A DNA stretch of 64,000 nt from Nitrososphaera sp. (GTDB taxonomy: Archaea > Thermoproteota > Nitrososphaeria > Nitrososphaerales > Nitrososphaeraceae): contig JBJMEA010000049.1 in NCBI GenBank assembly GCA_045809625.1, forward strand, positions 7,500 through 71,499. Reading direction: 5' to 3'. Both the position numbers and the translations under genes were made by a program. The notes under the pieces are model-generated. The model was not told where the DNA came from and searched no databases. It saw nothing but the letters and a program-made list of their open reading frames with translations. Below are positions 48,643 through 56,723 of this stretch, in pieces; within the stretch, counting starts at the first letter, position 1, and every line of letters begins with the position of its first letter.

Positions 48643-49232
48643 GACTTGCGGATGCTCGACGTGATCAATATCGCCGACTAGCAAAGGACCATGGATATAG
48701 GGCAAGGTCAGCTTACAAGCTGTTGCAAATGAACCGATCTTATAACATTATTAAAAAGGGTGACAAGGTAGTTGACCTTGGGTGTGCACCTGGAGGGTGG
48801 CTTCAGGTAGTAGTAAATGAAGTAGGGCCGTCAGGAAAGGTCATTGGAATAGATCTGAAGCCTGTTATCCCAATTACTGATACAATAATTCTGCAAGGAA
48901 GCATAGAGGATCCAAACATGCTTTGTAAAATCGAGGAAACTTTAGGCTTAAAGGTTGATGTTGTGCTCTCAGATTTAGCTCCAAATGTGAGCGGCATTTG
49001 GGATATAGATCATGCGCGACAGATCTCTCTGTCTACAATTGCGTTGCGGTTTACACAGCATGTGCTGAGAATCGGTGGAAGTGGGATTTTCAAGGTATTT
49101 GAGGGAAACATGCTGAAGGAGTTCAAATCGGAATTGCATAAGAGCTTTGGCAAAGTGATTTTAAGCAAGCCTTACGCAAGCCGACAAGAAAGTAGCGAAT
49201 TATATGTTATTTGCTTTAACTTTAAGCATTGA
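48639..49232 (+). CDS. rlmE: 23S rRNA (uridine-2'-O)-methyltransferase RlmE/FtsJ
   Basis: YRARSAYKLLQMN, VVDLGCAPGGWLQV, VLSDLAPNVSG, KVFEG. Overlaps the previous gene by 4 nt. Confidence 0.9.
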   Translation: MRLADARRDQYRRLAKDHGYRARSAYKLLQMNRSYNIIKKGDKVVDLGCAPGGWLQVVVNEVGPSGKVIGIDLKPVIPITDTIILQGSIEDPNMLCKIEETLGLKVDVVLSDLAPNVSGIWDIDHARQISLSTIALRFTQHVLRIGGSGIFKVFEGNMLKEFKSELHKSFGKVILSKPYASRQESSELYVICFNFKH

Positions 49233-49677
49233 ACTCGAAGTGTTCGTTTCAATTGACGACCTGAGGGCTAGAATGACAATTTAGCGAATACTCGAGCTTA
49301 TCCTGAACTTTGAATGGATCATACTAATTTCTTAAGTCCTTAGACTCTTTCGCCAAGAAATGTTAAAGGATCTATGTCAAATATTAAAGAAGGAACTATG
49401 TGAACTTAACGAATTTATAATAAATGCAATGGGAACACAAATACTCATGTAACAAATAGGCCCCCACTCATTTCTAAGTTTCCAGGCTGCTATAATATAC
49501 TAATACCCGTTGTTTGACGCAGTTACGTTAATATTTTGCCACTTAGAAAAATAAATATAAAATTCTATAAGATAGATATAGCTAACTTCACTTTTAATAA
49601 AACCCATAATTCCGCTTATTAAAAAGTGGATCAAATTAATTAATCCATGGTCGATTAAATAGGTTACCGACAGCAAT

Positions 49678-50826
49678 ATGCCGTATTCTTTGAACCACGC
49701 CAGCGTAAAAAGCGCGAGCGAAGAAGCTAATAGCAAGATCTTGGTACTCTGCATAGACAGAGACAATGATATTGGCTCAAAGGGCGGTATTGAGACACCC
49801 ATAGTCGGCCGTGATGCATGCATTAATGCAGGCACTAGGCTTGCACTTGAGGATCCTGAGGACGCAGACTCTAATGCCATTTTCGGCGCGGTCAAGACAT
49901 ATGAAGAGCTAGTAAGCAAGGGTCACGATGTTGAGGTTGCGGTAGTAGCTGGCAAGTTCAATAGAGGCGTAGAGGCTGATGAGAAGATAAGTCTTGAAGT
50001 GAAAAGCATACTTGAGAAATATCGCGCTGATGGTGCAGTCTTTGTATCTGATGGCGAGGATGACGAGACAATTCTTCCTGTAATTCAATCAAGAGTACCT
50101 GTAATATCAGTACGGCGTGTAATCATTCGCCATAGTAGAAGTGTAGAGTATTCTTATGCCGTATTAGGCCGTTATCTTAGAATGCTAGTTTATGATTCCC
50201 AGTACTCCAAATTCTTTTTAGGTGTTCCTGGCATCCTACTAGCAGCAGGTGCACTTGCAGTCATATTTGACGCAGCAAAGTGGATAACTGCAATAGTACT
50301 TGCAATTCTTGGTGGTGCATTCATCGTCCGTGCATTTGACATTGACAAGGCATTAAGCTCATTTGGCAGGCTGACTCCTACTTCGTTTATCAAGATCTTC
50401 TCAATTATAGGTGGCGTGCTTATCATACTTGCAGCAATTGCAAACGGTATATCTAGCATACCCTCAAATGTCCTCACCCCTGAAATGAGTACCATCGACA
50501 TTGTTTCAAATAGAACTATAGTAGGAAGATTTGCTGACAGTACGATAACTTTGCTATGGATAGGGATTGCTACAATACTTGGCGGTATCTTATTGAGTGA
50601 TTGGTTCAAGGGAAGCAGTAGGGTTATGTCTGATATATTGCGCCTTACCGTACTTGCGTTGCTATATATTCCACTACTTCAGTTTGCGTCTGTGCTTACC
50701 GCAGGAACAAACCCATTTACACTTATCTCATCTCTCCTGATAGGCCTTGCAGTATCGCTTGTAGCTGCCACTGTTCTTTACTATTATTTTAGGAATAGAA
50801 AGGGTGGAGAAGTTCTGAAACACTAA
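49678..50826 (+). CDS. DUF373 family archaeal membrane protein
   Basis: The soluble N-terminal domain ILVLCIDRDNDIGSKGGIETPIVGRDA...EDPEDADSNAIFGA is followed by about 6 TM helices, the characteristic DUF373 architecture. Confidence 0.7.
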   Translation: MPYSLNHASVKSASEEANSKILVLCIDRDNDIGSKGGIETPIVGRDACINAGTRLALEDPEDADSNAIFGAVKTYEELVSKGHDVEVAVVAGKFNRGVEADEKISLEVKSILEKYRADGAVFVSDGEDDETILPVIQSRVPVISVRRVIIRHSRSVEYSYAVLGRYLRMLVYDSQYSKFFLGVPGILLAAGALAVIFDAAKWITAIVLAILGGAFIVRAFDIDKALSSFGRLTPTSFIKIFSIIGGVLIILAAIANGISSIPSNVLTPEMSTIDIVSNRTIVGRFADSTITLLWIGIATILGGILLSDWFKGSSRVMSDILRLTVLALLYIPLLQFASVLTAGTNPFTLISSLLIGLAVSLVAATVLYYYFRNRKGGEVLKH

Positions 50827-50860
50827 TGTAAGGTGTCCCTGCAACAATAATAAAATTACC

Positions 50861-51028
50861 ATGTCAAAACAGCACGGAGACTATGATCCAGAGCAGCAAA
50901 AATGGTTTTGTAGCTACTGGATGTCAGAAGAAGAATGGTTAGATGTGCACGACTATTCTGCTCCTACTCTGACGCAAAACCCTGAGAAGGAGCAAGCTGA
51001 GAAAGAGAGTGATGATGAAAAAGAATAA
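50861..51028 (+). CDS. small acidic hypothetical protein (55 aa, below the ORF-track cut-off)
   Basis: Manual translation: MSKQHGDYDPEQQKWFCSYWMSEEEWLDVHDYSAPTLTQNPEKEQAEKESDDEKE. It fills the gap between the DUF373 and Nudix genes on the same strand. Confidence 0.35.
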   Translation: MSKQHGDYDPEQQKWFCSYWMSEEEWLDVHDYSAPTLTQNPEKEQAEKESDDEKE

Positions 51029-51073
51029 TGACGCTGCAAAAAACTTACAAACAACCACAGCCATCACAGATTA

Positions 51074-51508
51074 TTGATACATGAGCGGTCGGCTGGTGCA
51101 GTAGTATTTTATATGGAGGAGGATTCTGAGCCTGAATACCTGTTATTGCATTACTTTGCAGGCCACTGGGACTTTCCAAAGGGCAACATTGAGGCTGGTG
51201 AAAACGAAAAGCAGACCGCTACCCGCGAAATTCAAGAAGAGACCTCCATAACTGATGTTGAATTCCTAGATGATTTCTGTATGAAGATCGAATACAAATA
51301 CCGACATGGAAGGAAGCGCATACTTAAGGAAGTTGTGTTGTATCTGGCACGCGTGCACACGCACAGAGTGATTCTCTCATCTGAACACATCGGATTTGCG
51401 TGGAAAAAGTTCGATGATGCTCTGCAGCAATTGACCTATCTGAATGCTAAGAACCTATTGTCAGCTGCAAAAGAACATCTTCAGAAACGTTCACTTGCCT
51501 ATCGATAA
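51074..51508 (+). CDS. Nudix hydrolase
   Basis: Nudix box GNIEAGENEKQTATREIQEETSI (Gx5Ex7REUxEExGU). 144 aa, TTG start. Confidence 0.85.
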   Translation: MIHERSAGAVVFYMEEDSEPEYLLLHYFAGHWDFPKGNIEAGENEKQTATREIQEETSITDVEFLDDFCMKIEYKYRHGRKRILKEVVLYLARVHTHRVILSSEHIGFAWKKFDDALQQLTYLNAKNLLSAAKEHLQKRSLAYR

Positions 51509-52225
51509 GATTCTATCTTGAATTTCTCTTGCTACTTTGGCAGGCTGCTTGGCATCAACTATTGACCTGCCAATTATTAAATAATCTGCACCATTTTTTA
51601 TTGCCTGAGCTGCATCGCCGCCCTGTACTCCAACTCCTGGTGAATATATCGGCAATCGCCCTGCAATCTCCTTTAAAATCTTATCTTGAGTTGCACCCAC
51701 AACTATACCATCGACACCCGAAGTCGTCGCCCTTTCAAAAAATATATTGTACAGACCTCGTCGTTGTATTTTAAGTCCAAAACCCTCTCTTGCTTCTGGG
51801 TGGCTCATATATACAAGCGCAATAATGCCCGCATCTTCTTTGTGTGCTTCTTGTACTAAGGAAGTGAGTGCGTCTTTGCCAATAAAGGGATTTGCTATGA
51901 CTGCATCAAAGCCCATATTTATCAGCTGCTCAACAGCAACAGTGTTAGTGGTTATGATATCGTTCAGCTTAATGTCCGCTACTGATTGTAATCCAAAAGA
52001 GTGGACCAGTTTATTTATTTGCAAGATTTCAGACGCAGATAACGGTAAGATGATGTGAAAGTTCATCTTAACTGCACAGACATGCTGCTCTACCGCATCG
52101 ATCATCCTTGTTGTGAGTTCCTGTAGTCTTTGATAATCCCGTGATGTAATATCGAGCGCAACAACTATTGGGCTTTTCTTTTCTATGGCTGCCTTGGCAA
52201 TCCTTTCGAAAAAGCTCCTAGTCAT
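51491..52225 (-). CDS. pyrF: orotidine 5'-phosphate decarboxylase
   Basis: PIVVALD, VADIKLNDIITT (DxKxxD), YSPGVGVQGG, LIIGRSI. Confidence 0.85.
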   Translation of the reverse strand: MTRSFFERIAKAAIEKKSPIVVALDITSRDYQRLQELTTRMIDAVEQHVCAVKMNFHIILPLSASEILQINKLVHSFGLQSVADIKLNDIITTNTVAVEQLINMGFDAVIANPFIGKDALTSLVQEAHKEDAGIIALVYMSHPEAREGFGLKIQRRGLYNIFFERATTSGVDGIVVGATQDKILKEIAGRLPIYSPGVGVQGGDAAQAIKNGADYLIIGRSIVDAKQPAKVAREIQDRILSIGK

Positions 52226-52898
52226 AGGTCTTTACCAGTGGATGATCTTCTGCTAGCCTTATTACTTTGAGATAAATATATCCATGTTCCTCCAGCCTTG
52301 TCAAAAACGTTGGCTTATCGGCCCTTTGACTGCTATAACGCAAAAATGGTTCGTTTGGTTCCTCTTCAACAGTCACATAGTAAAAATAAGATATGGTCTC
52401 ATTGTCATTTGTACTCATTGCAGTGCCTAGTACGATTTTGCCTCCCCGTTCCTTGAATAGAAACAGGGGTAAGGGTGGCTCATCATAAATTGTTTTATAT
52501 GCTGCAACTTTGACAAGGCTTGATAGATCCTTCAGTTTTATTACTGTGTAACCTGATCCTTTGTTAATCCTTGCTGACCTTGTAAGTGCGCTCGGGAACT
52601 TTTCTACTTTGAGAATAGGCGAGTAAATGTATGTAGGATTATCCACCGAGCTAGCAAGCAGAACTTCTTCAATGCCGCTGCTTATTCGATACGCCAGATA
52701 CTGACCATCTTTCGAGTCTTCCTGTGTATAATAGATCACCGGCCTTCCATTGATTATGTCACTTTGGACAGCAAGCACTTCGTGCCTATTAAACTGAAGT
52801 GAAAATGCAGGCAAAGGAGTCCGCTCAAGTGCACATACTAACCTGCCAAAATCCCTGAGGCTTGCAAGCGCAATGTAGCATGGGGCCTTTAGCTGCAA
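52218..52898 (-). CDS. hypothetical protein, translationally coupled to pyrF
   Basis: 226-aa ORF with a TTG start, overlapping the pyrF start by 8 nt. No recognisable motif. Confidence 0.5.
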   Translation of the reverse strand: MQLKAPCYIALASLRDFGRLVCALERTPLPAFSLQFNRHEVLAVQSDIINGRPVIYYTQEDSKDGQYLAYRISSGIEEVLLASSVDNPTYIYSPILKVEKFPSALTRSARINKGSGYTVIKLKDLSSLVKVAAYKTIYDEPPLPLFLFKERGGKIVLGTAMSTNDNETISYFYYVTVEEEPNEPFLRYSSQRADKPTFLTRLEEHGYIYLKVIRLAEDHPLVKTYD

Positions 52899-52907
52899 AT
52901 CGCGATA

Positions 52908-53258
52908 ATGTTAATACTTACGGTATTAAAGTCATCCGTTGGCAGTGGACTATCTTTGGAGAAATTATACCTGCTTGTAGAACAGGCCAAATCAATTGTT
53001 GTTAAAAGTAGTACCACTGACAGAATGTCTCTATGGCGTGCCTATGTTGCACTTGAATATTCAATATTGGATCTGAAATTGCGTCATGGTCTTGAGGGAA
53101 ACTCTCAACCCCGGACTGTAAAGTCCGCAGACCTCGCTGATGCGAAGTCCATTATCAGTCGACTTGATCTATCCTTAGGCGATAAGAAAAAGCTGCTCGA
53201 TGATCTGCGTTCAGCCAGAGATATCCTAAAGGCACTGCTAGCAAGCAAGTTACGATGA
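52908..53258 (+). CDS. hypothetical helical protein
   Basis: 116-aa ORF divergent from the 226-aa ORF. No motif. Confidence 0.45.
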   Translation: MLILTVLKSSVGSGLSLEKLYLLVEQAKSIVVKSSTTDRMSLWRAYVALEYSILDLKLRHGLEGNSQPRTVKSADLADAKSIISRLDLSLGDKKKLLDDLRSARDILKALLASKLR

Positions 53259-54257
53259 CCTGCGGTCTATAATATCATAGACCTCTTTTCCAGTACCAAT
53301 CAGTGTCACCTTCAGACCTGTCTCATCCTCGATGTTTTTGATGAATTTTTTTGCCTCCTCTGGCAATTTTGTGTATTCTCGCAGGCCCGAAGATTGCGGG
53401 AAAACCACATCCAACTTTGTGACTGCAAGTTGCGTTGCACTGTTGATCCTGATCGCTTTTTTGGCAAGTTCGATATCAAAGGGCGCAGTCCTTCTTCGCC
53501 TTCCTGTGACACTTCCATGTTCGATCCATCCGCGCTTTCTTGCCTCTTCTTCGCTCAGCTCATTCTCAAGAGGTCCACCACCAACACGTGTAACATATGC
53601 CTTAAAGACCACTAATATTTCGTCAACTCTTTTTGGTCCAATGCCAATATGTGAACATATTCCTGAAGCAGTGACGTCGCTTGAAGTAACATAGGGATAC
53701 CCCCCATGAAGTAACGACAAATAGGTCCCCTGTGTTCCTTCCACTATCACGCTCTCGTTGTTGTGCAGCGCATAATTGACTGAATTGCTGACGTCTTCAA
53801 TATAAAGTGACAATTCTGGAAGGTCTCTTGCAAGCTTGAGCTTCCGAAGAGCTCTGTCTGCATTCGCTGGACCAGTTCCACTGCCGGTAGTACCTACCTT
53901 GCTCTTTAGATAGTCTTCCTTTATGTCATAGTCTATATGCCTTTGCTCGATAATCCCGCATTGACTATCTACAAATGTTCTGTCATCAGCATGAAACCTT
54001 CCTATTTCCTCTAGCAAAACCTTTGGGTTAACAAGCACTCCTGCACCGATCAAGAGCTTAGTTGTAGGGTTGAGCACCGCGCTTGGTAACATGCGCACTT
54101 TGTACTCCTTGCCCTCAAAGGTAAAAGTGTGGCCCGCATTTGGACCGACCCCTCCGCGCACAGCAACTGTGGGGTTGTCCCTTTTGGCCAAGTAAGCTAT
54201 AATCTTGCCCTTTCCTTCATCTCCATAGAATCCGCCGACTACTACGAGACATGACAT
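53250..54257 (-). CDS. purA: adenylosuccinate synthetase (short archaeal form)
   Basis: GGFYGDEGKGKI (P-loop), GPNAGHT, GTTGSGTGP, GSVTGRRRR. Confidence 0.9.
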   Translation of the reverse strand: MSCLVVVGGFYGDEGKGKIIAYLAKRDNPTVAVRGGVGPNAGHTFTFEGKEYKVRMLPSAVLNPTTKLLIGAGVLVNPKVLLEEIGRFHADDRTFVDSQCGIIEQRHIDYDIKEDYLKSKVGTTGSGTGPANADRALRKLKLARDLPELSLYIEDVSNSVNYALHNNESVIVEGTQGTYLSLLHGGYPYVTSSDVTASGICSHIGIGPKRVDEILVVFKAYVTRVGGGPLENELSEEEARKRGWIEHGSVTGRRRRTAPFDIELAKKAIRINSATQLAVTKLDVVFPQSSGLREYTKLPEEAKKFIKNIEDETGLKVTLIGTGKEVYDIIDRRSS

Positions 54258-54300
54258 CAGGTTCTATCCTTCTAGTGTAGATATTTAACTCCTCCTTAAA

Positions 54301-54786
54301 ATGAGATATATTGCTTCAATTTGCAACTTGGTCATGAACGATACATCTAGCAATATCCTCCAAATACTTGCAGATCTTCCAGATTTTTTGCGAAAACAAA
54401 TGTTGCAAAACCGTCTCAAAGAATTCTATGAAATGCACGACGAAGAAAAGAGCGACTTGATAAACATGGCATTAGTAGCAGCACCCAAGATAGATCCAGA
54501 TAAATTGTCAATTCTTTTTAGGACCTGGCTTGAATTACTATCAGAATTTGATGCAGAAAAGCGAGGAGTGATGTTTCAAACCTATTGCAGACAAATTTTG
54601 AAAAAACCTTGCATTATTGCAAAGCTTGATTTTGAGTCTCTGACTAATGCTTTCGTTTCACTTACTCAACTGCAGCGAGAGCGCCTAACAGATTCTTTGC
54701 ATGAGGTGCTACTCGGGCTGCCAAATAGCAACAAAATGCTAAAAGTGATTCCTGAGTATTCACTAAAAGCTGTCGGGCTAAAATGA
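54301..54786 (+). CDS. hypothetical all-helical protein
   Basis: 161-aa ORF with no recognisable motif. Confidence 0.5.
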   Translation: MRYIASICNLVMNDTSSNILQILADLPDFLRKQMLQNRLKEFYEMHDEEKSDLINMALVAAPKIDPDKLSILFRTWLELLSEFDAEKRGVMFQTYCRQILKKPCIIAKLDFESLTNAFVSLTQLQRERLTDSLHEVLLGLPNSNKMLKVIPEYSLKAVGLK

Positions 54787-55065
54787 TTAATGATGATGGT
54801 GATGGTTGTTCTGCGCCTCTGGGTTGTCTGGCTTTTTTTCTATTTCACCAATGCCCTTTTCAAGTCCAAAGAATGCTCTCTCATACTTGCGGAGAGCTTT
54901 TCTGTGTTCTGGTAGTGACATGTCTAGCCTCATTTCGTTCATCACCATGACAGCATAAGTAGTCCACTCTTTCCAACATGACGTACATGCAGGGTACTTC
55001 TCGGCGGCTGGATCCTCGACAACCTCGTCAAAAATCTTTCCGCACTTCAAGCAAGTCTTACTCAT
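54787..55065 (-). CDS. YggX-like Fe(2+)-trafficking family protein with two CxxC pairs and a native C-terminal His5 tail
   Basis: 92 aa. MSKTCLKC...YPACTSCWKEWTTYAVMVMNEMRLDMSLPEHRKALRKYERAFF aligns by eye with my recollection of E. coli YggX (MSRT..C...YPG...W.QW...[25 protein letters not shown]..FLF). It ends in NNHHHHH. A TATA-like ACTTATAATA lies about 27 nt upstream. Confidence 0.55.
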   Translation of the reverse strand: MSKTCLKCGKIFDEVVEDPAAEKYPACTSCWKEWTTYAVMVMNEMRLDMSLPEHRKALRKYERAFFGLEKGIGEIEKKPDNPEAQNNHHHHH

Positions 55066-55398
55066 CTGAAAATGTTGATGCTCTGGATATTATAAGTTGT
55101 TAGGGTTGTGGAAAACTTACTCTCAGATGTTCCTACTAGATAATATAGGGAATTGGCAGAGCCGTTATGAGCTTTTTTTGTTGTAAAAGATGACTATGAC
55201 CTTACAAGCCCTTCTCAAGACAAAACAGTAGATATAAAAAGCAATATTACCCAAACTCAAACCTATTTGGAAAACTTCTGTTTACATTCATATCAGGCTG
55301 TCCGCAGGTCGTGTGGCGCTTGTTTTGCTTATGTTCTATTATAATTCAAACTAAGATTTGGGAACATTATTATAGTTTCTTGGCCCAAAAAATGGCAC

Positions 55399-55563
55399 AT
55401 GAAGGTGCATTGTCCTGATTGCAAGGGGTCTGCAGAACTAGCTGACGATTTTTCATTTGTCAAATGTCCTAACTGTTCGCTTGATATGACTTATGGTGAA
55501 TATGTGAAGTATATAGCTTATAAGGACTCCCGGTACCGCGATATACTTTCAGACTACAAATAA
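55399..55563 (+). CDS. small zinc-ribbon protein (54 aa, below the ORF-track cut-off)
   Basis: Manual translation: MKVHCPDCKGSAELADDFSFVKCPNCSLDMTYGEYVKYIAYKDSRYRDILSDYK, with CPxC...CPxC. A TATA-like cattattatag lies about 30 nt upstream. Confidence 0.4.
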   Translation: MKVHCPDCKGSAELADDFSFVKCPNCSLDMTYGEYVKYIAYKDSRYRDILSDYK

Positions 55564-55704
55564 ACACAGGAAACTCTCCAAGGCTGTGATTGAATGGCTT
55601 GAGTTGCTACGTAATTCCTGAATATGACGATATTGATTTTATTAGCTGGTTGGCCTATGTTGAATTTTAGTATCTAGTCCACCGCATCTGACCTTTGCAT
55701 TAAT

Positions 55705-55899
55705 CTAATATTGCCTTATATCAATATGTGCCATATAGTCTGTAGTTGAATGCTTGCATAGCATGAAATTATTCTCAACTGAAGACCGAAGCTTATGTGG
55801 CTGGCTCTGCAAAGGCTGTATGAAGGATTTGATCATGCCACCGTGACACACTTTGCACATATTGCAAGTTCCTGCCGTCATCCAATATGGGTCAGACAT
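55705..55899 (-). CDS. small Cys/His-rich hypothetical protein
   Basis: 64 aa with the CNMCKVCHGG cluster. A TATA-like element lies about 35 nt upstream. Weak call. Confidence 0.3.
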   Translation of the reverse strand: MSDPYWMTAGTCNMCKVCHGGMIKSFIQPLQSQPHKLRSSVENNFMLCKHSTTDYMAHIDIRQY

Positions 55900-56089
55900 A
55901 GGATCAGTTTGGATGACAGCCGAATGCCTTCATATAGATTCCTTATTTATTTCTGTTTTACTCTCATCCGATTGAGTTGTATTGAGAGATCAGTCAAATA
56001 AAGATAAGCCAAAAAAGATCCTCAAGTTCAACGTACAAGTGCTCAGCTTGTGGAGAGCTTTTAGTCAGACACAACAACTTTGTGGCCTA

Positions 56090-56173
56090 TTCTTCATCGC
56101 CAAACTCATCTTCACCTTCTTCGTCAAACTCTTCATCAAAATCGTCGTCAAAGTTATTGTCTTCTTCGGACAT
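56090..56173 (-). CDS. hyper-acidic micro-ORF (27 aa)
   Basis: Manual translation: MSEEDNNFDDDFDEEFDEEGEDEFGDEE. AT-rich TATA-like elements lie 25-35 nt upstream (56195-56212) and a T6 run about 75 nt downstream (56011-56016). Speculative. Confidence 0.25.
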
Positions 56174-56478
56174 GCTTGACTAGGTTTAATCAATTTAATA
56201 TATGTTATAAATTTTACCTGTAAGTTTTGCTAGTCTTTATTTGTCCAACTTTTGCTTGATGGTTATCATGCAAGAACAAATGGCCACAGTGCATCGATTT
56301 ATCTGTCCCTCCTCTCGTGGCAAATTTGCCACTAACTGTGTGTGAAGCTTCTCCGGATGAAGACATTTAGTACATAATGGCTCATTATATGGCACGTGCA
56401 TTAAATATATATACCATCCAAGGTATTAACTCACCCCAGTCATCTTTTTATATCTAGGAAATAATCTCATGCCATCAT

Positions 56479-56685
56479 ATGGGCCGCATAGACAAGGGCA
56501 TCAACTGCAGTGTTAATAGCTGTGAAAACCAGGCCGAGCGCTCGATGAGTGGAATTAAGGCAAGCATGGCCCCAGATCTAGGATTGGGCGGTAGCAAACG
56601 AGTCTATCTTTGCAGGGATCATTACAAAGAATGGAAAAAACTCACCAAGGAAGATAGAGAGAACGAAAGAGCCAGATGGGCTTAA
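56479..56685 (+). CDS. small Cys/His protein (68 aa), function unknown
   Basis: CSVNSC...CRDH could form a C2-CH zinc site, and the C-terminus is basic. A TATA-like ctttttatatc lies about 30 nt upstream of the ATG. Confidence 0.45.
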   Translation: MGRIDKGINCSVNSCENQAERSMSGIKASMAPDLGLGGSKRVYLCRDHYKEWKKLTKEDRENERARWA

Positions 56686-56723
56686 ATTAGATATAAGATT
56701 AGGATTAGGACTAGGTTTAGAAT

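Noticed and set aside
49500-49919. 139-aa (-) ORF overlapping the start of the DUF373 gene
   Set aside because: The C-terminal half is antisense to the conserved DUF373 soluble domain, and the remainder covers AT-rich spacer. The sequence is Ser/Leu-rich and low-complexity.
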